Source: Candidatus Bathyarchaeota archaeon (GTDB taxonomy: Archaea; Thermoproteota; Bathyarchaeia; Bathyarchaeales; Bathycorpusculaceae). From it: a DNA stretch of 64,000 nt. Location of the stretch: positions 224,001 to 288,000 of the forward strand of contig CAWDYC010000004.1 of the NCBI GenBank assembly GCA_963806535.1, read 5' to 3'. The translations under genes were made by a program, and so were the position numbers. Positions 39,819 to 51,329 of this stretch are shown here, piece by piece; the first letter of the stretch is position 1, and each line of letters starts with the position of its first letter. The notes beneath the pieces are model-generated. The model saw only the letters and a program-made list of their open reading frames with translations, did no database searches and was not told where the DNA came from.

Positions 39819-40005
39819 ATCAGAGTGCACACTCCAAGAATTCTGTCAACATCAATACAAGGCAAAATTGACAGTGGGTAATCAGGACCAACTAATTGCA
39901 GAAAAGTGACTTCCGAAAAGCATGGACTTTTCCCATGCCTTAGGGTATGCGCTGAAATGGCTTTTGAACAGGTTTTCACTGCCATTAGCGCAGAAATAAG
40001 TGAAG

Positions 40006-40956
40006 TCAAACGGTGTACTCCCCAAGTTTTCTTTGTCCTTCTGCCAGCTTTTTCGGGTCAGCTTCAAAATTGTCTACTTGCCCAAGGGCTTCGATTAGCC
40101 GCTCAAATTTAATCTCAAGCCGATCCACTTTCTTGTCGATACGCTTGACTTTCTCTGGCATCTGCATGTAATCAATCGCAGCATCCTTGCCGATGTTCTC
40201 AAGTTCGCCCTCGCCCCAACTGTGATCAATCTTGCGACGCCCCGCTCTTACGCTAAAGTATCTGCCAAACAGTTTTGCAACAGGATCCTCAACAGCCATT
40301 TCGCCGCCGACAAACGCTCCCTCAGCTAAGACAACCCCGTATTTCTTCGCCAAAGCCACCGCAATACGATTACTCAGGTTCATGGCTAAACCGTAAACTT
40401 CCGCAGGATTCTTACCCCGAATCACTGGCACGTGAACAATCCAACTTTTTGAAGTATGCCTAACCTTAACACCCTGTTCCAAACCCAAAAGAGCCGTCCA
40501 ATTCTGCATCTCCACAGGCTTGAACTGCCCATCAGGATAACGTCCCTCTGCCAGAATCTTAAACGACACCTGACACTTGTCCAACCTATGCAACTCGCCA
40601 GGAAACACCCTGCCCTCACATGACTTGAGAAGATTTGAGCCCTCAGTTGTAAGAGCATAAAAAGTTGCACTGCTACGCTTCTCCTGGTAGATTAGGCCAG
40701 CTTTTTCTAACTTGCCGATATAGTACCATACGTGGGAACGGCTTAAACCCAAGATTCTGCCAGCTTGCGTAGGGTAATCACCTGCATAAATGCGCTTCAT
40801 CAAAGGAAGAACCCATGTGCGGACTTTATCGCTATCAAACTGCACGCAACCTGTAGCTTGATGTCTAGTTGTACTTTGAGCATTTTCAGCACCGACTTTT
40901 GTACTTTGATCTTCAACCAAAAAATCAAGCCTCCATCCAGCTGGATAAAGCATCAT
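40006..40956 (-). CDS. wHTH-containing protein of mobile-element type
   Basis: YPTQAGRILGLSRSHVWYYIGKLEKAGLI HTH; higher GC than flanks; C-terminal coiled coil. Confidence 0.7.
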   Translation of the reverse strand: MMLYPAGWRLDFLVEDQSTKVGAENAQSTTRHQATGCVQFDSDKVRTWVLPLMKRIYAGDYPTQAGRILGLSRSHVWYYIGKLEKAGLIYQEKRSSATFYALTTEGSNLLKSCEGRVFPGELHRLDKCQVSFKILAEGRYPDGQFKPVEMQNWTALLGLEQGVKVRHTSKSWIVHVPVIRGKNPAEVYGLAMNLSNRIAVALAKKYGVVLAEGAFVGGEMAVEDPVAKLFGRYFSVRAGRRKIDHSWGEGELENIGKDAAIDYMQMPEKVKRIDKKVDRLEIKFERLIEALGQVDNFEADPKKLAEGQRKLGEYTV

Positions 40957-41170
40957 TTATTTTCGCTTTCATTTCTTCCTCAAAAGCGTCAATACAAAGC
41001 GTTAGGTCATCTAACACATTGCAAAGTTTTCGGTTTTCTTCCCATAGCAGGCGATTTTCTTTTTCTAGAACAGCGATTCTTTCTTCATATGTTAGTAGGA
41101 TGCGCTGAACTTCTTGTAAAACATCAGATTTAATTCTGTCTCTTATTGAACTGTCGCCGTTTTGAATCAT
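40925..41170 (-). CDS. Small coiled-coil protein
   Basis: EERIAVLEKENRLLWEENRKL heptads; GGAGG SD upstream. Confidence 0.5.
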   Translation of the reverse strand: MIQNGDSSIRDRIKSDVLQEVQRILLTYEERIAVLEKENRLLWEENRKLCNVLDDLTLCIDAFEEEMKAKINDALSSWMEA

Positions 41171-41683
41171 CGTTAGCTACCTCCAAAACGTCGACGCTCA
41201 AGAGCTCCCCGCCCAGGACAAGAGCCGCCGCCATGCGTACAATGCCGATTAGAAAAACTGTACCGCTTACACGAAATATCGGTTCCATCAGCAAACGCCA
41301 ACTTTGCAAACTTGCAGAAAAACAAGTCCTTAGAGCACGTATCAATTATGGCGCAGTCTTTTGATAATGGATTACTTAAGCAGGGATAGTATCCAAGAAG
41401 GCATGGAGGCTTAAACGAATCGGCAACTTAGCTCATTGGTGGCTGCCTCCTCTGGGCTGAAACTTAGAGCACGCACCGCTTGAAGCTAACTGATTAATCG
41501 ACTTCTTACCCTTCAAGGCCGGCTCGGAACAACGACCACACCAAAATAAGCAATTCATGCAGCGAAGTTCTTTCCTTGAAAAATCGTCTATTCTGGAGCG
41601 TACGCTAACGTAGGACTTTTAAATCTAAAAAAAGGGGTGGAAGAGAGCGGAAGATTCAGTATAAATGTAGTTCGTACATATGA

Positions 41684-41761
41684 TGGCGGGTCCGACGGGA
41701 ATTGAACCCGCGACCCCCGGATTAAAAGTCCGGTGCTCTAGCCTGACTGAGCTACGGACCC
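41684..41761 (-). tRNA. tRNA-Lys(UUU)
   Basis: GGGTCCG acceptor stem, anticodon arm CCGGA-CTTTTAA-TCCGG, GGTTCAATTCC T-arm and encoded CCA. Confidence 0.97.
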
Positions 41762-41841
41762 GCTTTGATTTGTTGCGGCTATAGGAAAACAAGAAGGGGT
41801 TTTTTAGCGTTTCTATTAAAATTAAGATAAAAAGAAATTAT

Positions 41842-42213
41842 TTAATGGATTGTTGGGGCTTTTAGGACTGTTGTCATGAAACCCTTGATTTTGTCTTGCG
41901 AGTTGAGGATGGTTTCGATGGTTTGTGCTCCTTTTTCGGTTAGTTTGTAGATTCTTTTTCTTTCAATCCATATTCCTTCGACTAAGCCGTTTCGTTCAAG
42001 CGAGTAGAGTAGTGAGTAGACTGTGCCTGAACTGGCTAAGAATCCGAATTTGTTGTGTATGTATGATATTACGTCGTATCCGCTTATGGGTCCGTTTTGT
42101 AATTCGCCCATTATTATTGTGTCCATGAAACTTTTGATTACTCTTTCATGCATTTTTTTTATTATTCTTGCTTCTGATTTTTCACCGTTTACTGTTATTG
42201 TTAAAGCTACCAT
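41842..42213 (-). CDS. PadR-family transcriptional regulator
   Basis: GPISGYDVI..SSGTVYSLLYSLERNGLV..RKRIYKLTEKG. Confidence 0.9.
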   Translation of the reverse strand: MVALTITVNGEKSEARIIKKMHERVIKSFMDTIIMGELQNGPISGYDVISYIHNKFGFLASSGTVYSLLYSLERNGLVEGIWIERKRIYKLTEKGAQTIETILNSQDKIKGFMTTVLKAPTIH

Positions 42214-42609
42214 ATTTTTACACGCTCACTATTGTTTATTCATGTTTAGATATATAAGATTTATTCGGATTTAGAATAACATGTTATAACAAAACCCAAA
42301 AAGTATAAACAAACTTCTCCCTGTGAAACTGATAAACCGATCACATTTAACGATTTAGCGCTTTCACATATTATGCCATATCGAGGTAGACAGATCACAG
42401 AATTTTACATGAAAGTGTCATAGAGCTCCGATTATATTCAAAAATTTTTCATTTTTCATATACATACATACATAGAACATTCGAGCAATTTTACTGCAAA
42501 AATTCGTTTTCCCTTCTCTCAAAGCCAGTTTTTAATAGCTACCGATATATGTGCATGTTACGAAACGTTATCTCTTCTTTTAGGCTAAAAAGGGTACGGT
42601 GCCTTTAAA

Positions 42610-44245
42610 TTGATTTCATGGAAATATACATTTAAACGATTAAATGAAGAATACGATATCGCTAAACGAAAAAAGCAAGCGTTAGATAACCTTTTTGAAA
42701 CCGGCAAAATTTCGCAGTCAACACGCGATTCTTTTAACGGCGAAATCAATGCAGCAATAGCCACAATCGAAAAACAGCAAAAAGAATTAATTGACAGCAT
42801 GGCAGGAAAAACTCAGGAACTGGAAAACCAAATAAAAATGTTAGAAACACTTCTTGCTAACTATGAGATTCAGCATGTCGTAGGCGAAATTGACGAGGAC
42901 ATCTACCAAAGAGAAATAAGCCTACTTACAACAGGGCTAGAAACAACCAAAAACGAGCTAAACACAATAAAACAAGTCACAAACCAACTTTCTCCAACAG
43001 CCCCAGCAATCCAAGCGCCAGCCGCTCCAGAACCAGCAGCCCCAATTGTCGAAGCTGAAATTGCACAACCAGTAATAGCAGAACCAACACCTGTAGAAGC
43101 TCCAGTTGAAGCCGCTCCAATTGAAACTGTAGTAGAACCAGCTCCAATTGAAACTGCTCCAGCTGAGATTCCAATTGAAACTGTAAAAGCAGAAGCGACT
43201 CCAGCGGAAAGCGCTCCAATAGAAACAGCGCCCGTAGAACCAGCGCCAGTAGAAACTGTTCAAGCGCCAATCGAAGCTGCTCCAGTTGAAACAGCGCCAA
43301 TAGAAGCCGCTCCAATTGTTGAAGCCCCAGTTGAAGTTACGCCAGTTGAAACCCCAATTATAGAAACAGTTCCCGTCGAAGCCCCGCCAGCAGAGACAAT
43401 CGCTCCAGTTGAAACAACCCCTGTTGCTGAAGCTGCCCCCATTGAGATGCCAACAGTCGAAGTAGCTCAAATTGAAGCTCCCATAATCGAAGCTGCTCCG
43501 GTTGAGACTCCAACGGTCGAAGCGACCCCAATAGAAGCCCCACCGATTGAAGTTCCAGTTGAAGCTGCACCAGTTGAAACCTCAATTATCGAGACAGCGC
43601 CAGTCGAAGCTACCTCGGTTGAGACAACTCCCGTTGTTGAAGCTACACCAATTGAAGCTCCAATCCTCGAAGTTGCCCCAATTGAAGCTCCTGTTGAATC
43701 TCCAACTGTTGAAGTCGCTCCAACAGAAACCGCTCCAATCGAAGCTGTTCCAGCTGAAGAAGCTCCAATCGCTCCCCCAGAACCAGAAGTCCAAATAATA
43801 AATGAACCAACACCTGAAATTGCTCCTCAAGAACCAGCAGTAACTGAGCCAGCGCCACAAGAACCAATCATAAATATGGAAGCAGCTCCAGTTGAACCAG
43901 CTCCAATAGTAGAGCAGCCATAGTAATTGAGCAGCCAATCGTTGAAGCAGCAAACATTACGCCAACTGAAGTAATTGCTGAGCCAACAACAAGAGCAGCC
44001 AACAGTTGAAGAAGTTCCACTTCAAGATTTTGAAGTTACCGAACCAGTTCAAATTGAAACTACCCTTGAAAAAGTAATGGATCCAACAATAGAAACCATC
44101 TACTCCAGTCATAGTCGAGGAGGCTATAATTCCAGCCCACCCTATGGAAGCGCCCCACGTGGCGCAGACGGAAATGGTAGCAAACGCAGAAGCCGCAACA
44201 ACCGCAACAGAAACAGAAGACTCCAGTGAAGAAAAATCTGAATAA
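42610..44245 (+). CDS. CdvA-like coiled-coil protein with long Pro/Glu/Ala/Thr/Val/Ile repeat tail (frameshifts near the 3' end)
   Basis: KKQALDNLFETGKISQST and NYEIQHVVGEIDEDIYQ resemble the CdvA helical region; repeat tail continues to TAA at 44245. Confidence 0.7.
43000..44130 (+). repeat. Degenerate coding tandem repeat (APIE/APVE-T/A units)
   Basis: Dozens of GCTCCA(A/G)TTGAA-like units. Confidence 0.9.
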
Positions 44246-44467
44246 TCGTATCTCTTTAATTTCTTTTCTTTTTTATTTTTTGTTTAAAATAACTTTCAAT
44301 AATTTTAATCAAGATCGGTTTAGAATAATCTTCTGGTTTCTGTGTGAGTGAAAAAATTGTTTTTTGTTGCTTTTTAGATTTAGCAATTGTTTTGGTCTTA
44401 GGTTGCGTCCCAATTCGTCCCAAAAAGGCCAGAAACGTCTAAAAATGTCCCAAAAAGACTCGAGCGA

Positions 44468-45224
44468 TTAGGTTTTCAAAAGGGTTTGCAGAAGTTTAAT
44501 GGCTGCCCACGCTGCTAATGCGCTGGTGTGTGGATTATCAGGGTGTGGATCGTTTGCAAAACGCAGAAACATTTCGCCAAATCGCCATTTAACCTGAATC
44601 TCATGCGTGTTACGCTGAACTGTTGGGTCGGAAACGACTTTGACTTTTACTTTGGTTGGTTTAACAGTTAACGCTAAAGTTGCTGCAACATTCATTTCTC
44701 GGGGAAACTTTCTTGCTGCTTCTTCAGCGTAGCCTTCGTAAATCACTTTTTCTTCTTTGCTGTCGTTTCCAAAGGCTTTGGGGTTTTTTCGTGAAGTCAA
44801 AGTAATCTCGTCGATGCCTGCTAATGCTGCGCTGGAAAGTGCATCTAAGCCGCCGATAGCGCCTGAAGGAACATGAACCCTGCTCAAATCAACATTTAAA
44901 TCCAGTAGTGCGCCTGTGCTCATAACTATTAGCTCGGTTCCTAGAAGCAACAATTTTGGGCACATAATCTTTTGCCGCTTGCTGAGACGCCGCTTCCACA
45001 ATAACCTTAGGCTTTAGTGCAAGTAGTTCGTCAACGCTTTCAACAATTTTTACTGGAAACTTGATTGTGCTTTTGAGTTTTTGTGCTTTTGAAGCGTCAA
45101 AGTCATAAACAACCAGTTCGTCGCAGATTACAAGTTTTCTTTCTATGGCTTCAGCTAGTACTGTGCCAATTGCACCGCACCCTATCAAACCAACCTTTAT
45201 TTTTTTTAAGTCACTTTCTATCAT
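44468..45224 (-). CDS. nadX: L-aspartate dehydrogenase, frameshifted
   Basis: IGCGAIG, IVEAASQ, MSTGAL, PSGAIGGLD, NVAATL and NPHTSALA. Confidence 0.88.
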
Positions 45225-45234
45225 AATTTGAGTC

Positions 45235-47704
45235 TCAAGCGATTGTGACTATAATATCGGCGGGATCAATTTGCTCGCTGTCACTCTTGCCGTCATATTC
45301 AACTGTAACATTGTTGAGATCTTCAACCTTCAAAGTTCCTGCAATATCTGCCTTTCCTTCAATTATAACCTTAGCGTTTTCGCTGTTAGCCGTGCGGATT
45401 ACCACATTTTTAAGCGGCAAATTAAGCGGTAGTTTTTTCTCTGCCTTTGTCTGTCGTCCCTCGCTGATGACAGCAATAATTAAGTCACCTTTCTTTTCTG
45501 CCTCTTCATCCACAAGTGCCGCATTAAATTTGGGCCATTGTGAAATCTGCAGGCTTTCAAAGCCTTTGTTTTCGATGAACATGTGCTGGTAAATCTCTTC
45601 CGTTAAGTGAGGTGTTACTGGCGCAAGCAATTGCAGTATACGATAGAGCACTTCGTAGAGCGTTTGTTGTGCTGCTACCTTTTTTGCTTGATTTTGAGAG
45701 TCAGTATTGTAGAGTCTGTCTTTTACTGCTTCAACATAGTAGTCGCAGAAAACATGCCAAGTGAAATTGCGCACATCTTCAACTGCTACGTTAAATTGAC
45801 ATTTTTCAAAAGCTTCGGTGACTTTTTTTGTGAGGTTTTCGGCTTTGCTAATTATCCATTTGTCAAGAGGCTGAAGATCTATATCCTTGGCTTCAACTGG
45901 CTTGTAATCTTCTAAGAGTTTGCTTGTAAAGCTTGACACGTTCCAAAGCTTATTTAGAAAACGTCTGCCATACTCAACATCTTGCGCCCGATACGGAATG
46001 TCTGAGCCTGTTGCTCCTCCGCCTGCAGCCCACTGCCTTGTTGCATCTGCCCCATTTTTGTTTAGCACTTCAGGAGCCGCAGCGTAGTTCTTGAGTGATT
46101 TGCTCATTTTTCTGCCATCTGCGCCCAGCACCATGCCGTTTATGAGGACACTGTTGAATGGGCGTTCATCGAATAGGGCTAAGTGGCGTACCATGAGGTA
46201 GTATGCCCAGGTTCGGATGATGTCTGTGCCTGATGGATGAATGCTTGCGGGGAACAGGTGCTTCCAGTCAGGGCGGTCTGGCCAGCCTGCATGAACAGCG
46301 CATGTTATTGAGGAATCCATCCATGTATCCAAAACGTCGGTTTCACCCGTGAATTCGTGTTCCGCCGCATTTGGGGCATTTGTCAATTCGAGGTTTTTCC
46401 ATTCTCGGATCAATTGGCACCCAGTTTTCTTGAGCAACAATGACTTCGCCACAAGTTTTGCAGTACCAAACTGGAATTGGCGTTGCAAACAATCTTTGAC
46501 GGCTAACAACCCAATCCCAATCCAGTGATCGTGTCCAATCGATTAAGCGGTTTTTCATGTAGTCTGGGTACCATGGAATCTCGTTAGCGTTTTTCTCCAC
46601 TGCCTCAGATAATGGCATGGTTTTCATGAACCATTGTTTAACCTCTAAGATTTCGACTTGGGCTTTGCAGCGGTCGCAGACGCCTACTTCCTGTTGAATC
46701 TTTTCACTCTTCTCTAGTAACCCTGCCGCAGTTAAGTCTGCAACGATAGCTGCTCGTGCTTGGTTAACGTATAAGCCAGCGTATTTGCAGCCTGCTTCGC
46801 TGATTTTGCCACTTTCAGTTAACAGTCGGATAACTGGAAGTTTATGTTTGATAACGGTTTTTACATCTTCTTTGTCGCCGTAAGTGCAAATTTGAACAAC
46901 GCCTGTGCCAAAGCAGGGGTCTACTGATTCTTCGCTAATGATGGTTACTTCGCGGTTCATTAGGGGCACAGCGATTTTTCTGCCAATGTATTTGCTGTAC
47001 CGTTCGTCTTTTGGGTTAACTTCAACGGCGACGCATGCGGGTATGAATTCGGGACGTGAAGTTGCTATTAGTAGGTATTCGCTGCTGCCTTCTAGTTGGA
47101 AGCGTATGTAATGCAGGGTTCCTTCTTTTTTGATGTGGTCAACTTCGGCGTCGGCGATGGCGGTTTCGTCTCTGGGACACCAATTCACTGGGTGAGTGCC
47201 TTGGTACATGTAACCTTTTTTGTGAAGAAGCACAAAACTCAGCTGGGTTCTGCGCCAATAATCTGGATCCATCGTTTTGTATTCTGTGGTCCAATCGATA
47301 CTGGCACCCATCTTGAGTAACCCTTCTTTCATTATGCCAATGTATTTCTCAACCAGCTCAATGCACCATGCGCGGAATTGGTCGGGAGGTACATCGCGTT
47401 TGCGGATGTTTCTTGCTTTTTCAACTTGGATTTCTATGCCTAATCCGTGGCAGTCCCAGCCTTGGGGGAAAAGCACGTTGAAGCCTTGCATTCGTTTGTA
47501 TCTGGCCACCATGTCAAAGTAGGTCCAGTTCAAAACGTTGCCCATATGCAACTCGCCTGAAGGGTAAGGCGGAGGAGTGTCTATGCTAAATGGAACTCGC
47601 TGTTTATCGTTCCAATCATAGTGGTAAATGCCCATTTCTTCCCATTTCTGCTGCCATTTACGCTCAATCTCTGTGAAATTGTATTCTTTAGGCATAGGCT
47701 GCAT
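45235..47704 (-). CDS. valS: Valyl-tRNA synthetase (one frameshift near 46350)
   Basis: IDTPPPYPSGELHMGN (HIGH), DWVVSRQRLF, DVLDTWMDSS and KMSKS. Confidence 0.96.
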
Positions 47705-47826
47705 GCTATTAGTCCTCGGTAGTATGATGGCTTAGGGAAAACAAGAAAATCACCTAAAAACATTACCCTATTAAACGCCAGAACATTTGTCCCTTGATGC
47801 AAACCTTGGGCTGCTAGTTTAATTGA

Positions 47827-48253
47827 CTAATTCCTATTGATGCTTTCAAAAAACTCTCTGGGGGTAAGTATTCTGGTTTTTCTAAACTTATCAAGTCTGA
47901 GAAGGTGTTTGTCTCCTGAGACGATTATGTCCGCTCTTGATGCGAGTGCACATTCTAGAATTTTGTTATCTTGCCGTATCTTCCTCAATAATGCATAGTT
48001 TCAATTTAGGATCAACTATTGTTGAGCTTGTCTGGATAGCTCGAAGAATCTCTTTTTCGTTTACATTTGCCTTGTTTAGAATTTTAGCTATTTTGGGGTA
48101 TAATAGGACTTTAGATATTTCTAAAATGATGTCTTTGCTAATGTAAACTGTTAGTTCTTGTTTTGTTTGAAAAAACTCGTTTGCGAGAATTTTTTTCATG
48201 AAGAGTGAAAGCCATACATTGGTGTCGAAAACTACTTTGACCTTCTTGCCCAC
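47827..48253 (-). CDS. PIN-domain toxin (VapC-like), frameshifted
   Basis: VVFDTNVW; after the shift DNKILECA..ADIIVSGDKHLL. Confidence 0.85.
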
Positions 48254-48495
48254 TCGACTGCCTCAGCCACAATTGCATCAACGTCAACAGATTCTTCACA
48301 TGTTGCTTTTTGAATTCTTTTTGTTATGTCCTCAACGGATGCTTCCTTGGTTTTCCTGAGTAGTATGTCTCCGTTGTGAGTAAGTACCAGAAGCTTCTCG
48401 CCGCCTTTCACTCCCAATTTCTTGCGGACTTCTCGGGGGATTACTACTTGACCTTTGGATGAAACCTTAATTATATCTTCGATTTCCTCTGTCAT
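48232..48495 (-). CDS. AbrB/MazE-family antitoxin
   Basis: KVSSKGQVVIPREVRKKLGV; overlaps the PIN gene. Confidence 0.9.
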   Translation of the reverse strand: MTEEIEDIIKVSSKGQVVIPREVRKKLGVKGGEKLLVLTHNGDILLRKTKEASVEDITKRIQKATCEESVDVDAIVAEAVEWARRSK

Positions 48496-48623
48496 AAATT
48501 AATGAAATATTTTACAAGTAAATAAATTTTTACATTTATTTGCGTAGCAGTCGAAGGCAGATTAAAAAAAGAAAAAATAAAAAGTTGCTAAGGCGGGTCT
48601 TTTGTTTTGAAGGACAGGTAAGT

Positions 48624-49424
48624 TTATCGGTTTCTTTCGCTTCGCACGAAGAGGAACGTTCCAATCACGAAAGATGCTATCGAAATTGCAGCGACTATCA
48701 CTAAATCGAGGAATGGGGTTGTACATGGCTATTTGGCTATAGAATGGTGTGCCTTGATAGACTAGTCCTCTTAGCAAATCAACTAGGTAAGTCATTGGCA
48801 TGGCATGTGATAAAGCGCCTAAGACTCCGCTGGAATTGTTTATGGGTATGAATGCGCCTGAGAGGAACATTTGAGCAAATACGAACATGATTACGCCTTT
48901 GTCTGCTGTTTTTGGGCTGCTGCTAAATATGCTGGCAACTAATACGCCAAGTGTTCCGCCTGATATGCAGATAAGTGGTGCCAATACAGAGGATCCAGCC
49001 GATTGCTGATAACCCAATGGATATTCCCATAACTAGGGCTATGATGACGAATGCGAAAAGCTGCAGTATGGCAGTGATGCTGCCACCAACAATTTTGCCC
49101 AGAATGATGGAATACCGTGATATTGGAGCTACAAAGATTTCTTGTGTAAAATCGTTTTCTCGGTCTTCAACAAGCGATGTGACACTCATCATAGTGTTCA
49201 TGGCAATTGTTGCGGCGACCATTCCTAAAAGCGCAAACTGAAGATAATTGTAACCTAAACCAACACCCAAGTTTTGGGCAATGCTACCACCTAGAATGCC
49301 CAGAAACAGGACTGGAAACATAAGGCTAAAAACAAGCGAAGTTTTCCAATCTTTAAAGAATCGCAAGTACCTCTCGGGCAGCAATAACTAATATTGCGTT
49401 GAGGTCTTTTTGAAGTGGCTTCAT
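48624..49424 (-). CDS. ABC-2 type permease, frameshifted
   Basis: EDRENDFTQEIFVAPISR, FLSGAFIP and PMTYLVDLLR. Confidence 0.85.
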
Positions 49425-50375
49425 TAAATTGTGACCTCCTCGGTTTTATTTTCGATTAAATTCATGTAAGCTTCTTCAAGGGTTGGCGTATGGAGCTCCA
49501 TGCAAGTTAGAGGCATCTTGATTTGGGCTAGAATTTGCTGTGGGGTTTGTTGCTCAAAATAGATTTTGAACTTGCCATCTTCCGTTAGTTTCTGATTTAA
49601 AGTTCTCAATCTGGGAACTCAACATGCCTCGGTTTTCAGCATCTAGGACGAGGTATTTGCCAAGTAAACGGTTCTTCATCTCGCTTGGTGTTCCCAGAAA
49701 AATGATTTGGCCATGATTTACTATGCATACTCTGTCGGCGTTTTCGGCTTCTTCGATGTAGTGAGTGGTTAGGAATATTGTGGTGTTTTGGGTTTTGGCT
49801 ACATTTCGTAAATAGATCCATAGATCTCTGCGGGAAACGGCATCTAAGCCTTGACTTGGCTCATCTAAGAACAGCACTTTGGGCTTTTGCATTAATCCGC
49901 GGATGATTTCTAACTTACGCTTCATTCCACCTGAGAAGGTTTTAAGGGGTTTGAACAGGTCCTCGCGTATGCCCATAAACCCGGCCATCTCTAAAACCTG
50001 ATTTTGATATTCCTTGGGCATGAGTCGAAAGAATGGCTTGTAAGGATAGACGCCGTAGAGGTTTACGTGTAAACGTATGTTTTCTTCGGCCGATAGGTTG
50101 AGGTCTAAGCTTGGATTCTGGAAAATGATTCCGACATTTTCGCGTACATTTTTTGCTTGGGTGCTTACGTCGTAGCCTGCTATGGTTATGTTTCCGCTTG
50201 TTTTTGCCAGTGTTGTGGTTAGGATTGATATTGTGGTTGTTTTGCCTGCTCCGTTGGGTCCGAGAAATGCGAAGAATTCGCCGGGTTGCACATCGAAACT
50301 GATGTTGTTTACGGCAGGTTTCTCGGTTTTGCGGTAGCGTTTGGTTAGTTTTTCTACGTGTATGATTGGTTGCAT
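49424..50375 (-). CDS. ABC-2 (DrrA-like) exporter ATPase, frameshift near the 3' end
   Basis: GPNGAGKTT, FSGGMKRKLEI, FLDEP and LTTHYIEEAE. Confidence 0.92.
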
Positions 50376-50394
50376 TTTTTTACCTTCAATTTAT

Positions 50395-50468
50395 TTAACA
50401 TTGTTAAATTAACTTAACATTGTTAAATAAATACTTAACGCTGTTAAATTATCATTTAACGTGGTTAA
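50395..50468. promoter_or_regulatory. Four tandem palindromic operators TTAAC-N3-GTTAA
   Basis: Copies at 50395, 50414, 50435 and 50456 between the divergent TetR and ABC genes. Confidence 0.85.
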
Positions 50469-50501
50469 AACATATAAACAGCCAACACGCAATCAATAAT
50501 A

Positions 50502-51179
50502 ATGAAAACAAGAAAAACCAAAACACCACACATACAACCAGACGCCGTCATAAAAGCAGCACTAGAAATACTAGATGCAGAAGGCTTAGAAAACGTAACC
50601 CTAAGACGCATAGCAGCAAAACTCAACGTACAAGCACCCGCCCTATACTGGCACTTCAAAGACAAACAAGACATCACAGAAGACATGGCCCAAACCATCC
50701 TCACAAACGCAAAACTCGACAACTTCACCCCACCAACCGACATCAACAACTGGCCTCAATGGCTAGCAGACTTAATGCATTGCCTACGTAACGCACTAAT
50801 TGCTCACAGAGACGGCGGACGCGTTGTTGCGGGAGCATCGTTTGGTCGCGCCTACGCTTTAGAAAAAATGTTAGCTCAAATTGCCAGGGTTTTAAACAAA
50901 GCTGGATTTGACAGCCTTCCTGCAGGTCTAGCTGCCGCCACAATAATCGATTACGTTTGGGGCTTTGTAATTGAAGAGCAAGCGGGCACTGAACCCGAAG
51001 CACTCATAGCGCACTTAGCCAACCCGCAACATACCCAATCCATCAGGACTAATTCAGAAGACGACGCATTCCTAAGCGCCTTCATGGAAGAATACCGCAA
51101 AACAACGCCAACAGAAACTTTTGACTGGGGCTTACAGGTAATAATAACTGGCCTAAAATGCACAATACCCAAACAGTAA
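50502..51179 (+). CDS. TetR-family regulator with TetR_C-like domain
   Basis: ALEILDAEGLENVTLRRIAAKLNVQAPALYWHFKDK; HRDGGRVV; FDWGLQVIITG. Confidence 0.93.
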   Translation: MKTRKTKTPHIQPDAVIKAALEILDAEGLENVTLRRIAAKLNVQAPALYWHFKDKQDITEDMAQTILTNAKLDNFTPPTDINNWPQWLADLMHCLRNALIAHRDGGRVVAGASFGRAYALEKMLAQIARVLNKAGFDSLPAGLAAATIIDYVWGFVIEEQAGTEPEALIAHLANPQHTQSIRTNSEDDAFLSAFMEEYRKTTPTETFDWGLQVIITGLKCTIPKQ

Positions 51180-51232
51180 ATTTTTCGTAAAGCTAAAATA
51201 AAAGTAGTATGTTTTGATTATTCTAATAAGGT

Positions 51233-51326
51233 AATTCGGGGAGCTGGGAAATTGACCTGGCTGAGAGGGCAACTGTTTGTTGCCGACCCAATGAACCTGA
51301 ACCAGGTAATACTGGCGGAGGGAAAA
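51233..51326 (+). ncRNA. TPP riboswitch (THI element)
   Basis: GGGGAGC...GCTGAGA...GACCC...GAACCTGA-CCAGGTAATACTGGCGGAGGGA consensus; P3a GGCAAC/GTTGCC; upstream of an operon ending in thiE. Confidence 0.93.
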
Positions 51327-51329
51327 GAC

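Noticed and set aside
42276-42287. Palindrome ATAACATGTTAT upstream of padR
   Set aside because: Plausible autoregulatory site but single, AT-rich and unsupported by further copies
42958-43953. Several Trp/Phe- or Leu/Gln-rich ORFs overlapping the CdvA-like gene
   Set aside because: Alternative-frame and antisense readings of the coding repeat
44407-44457. Short GTCCCAA repeats between convergent genes
   Set aside because: Three to four 7-mers with irregular spacing and no associated feature
51252-51329. ORF-track N-terminal extension of the S-component gene
   Set aside because: It runs through the TPP aptamer; the GTG at 51330 with an SD is the better start
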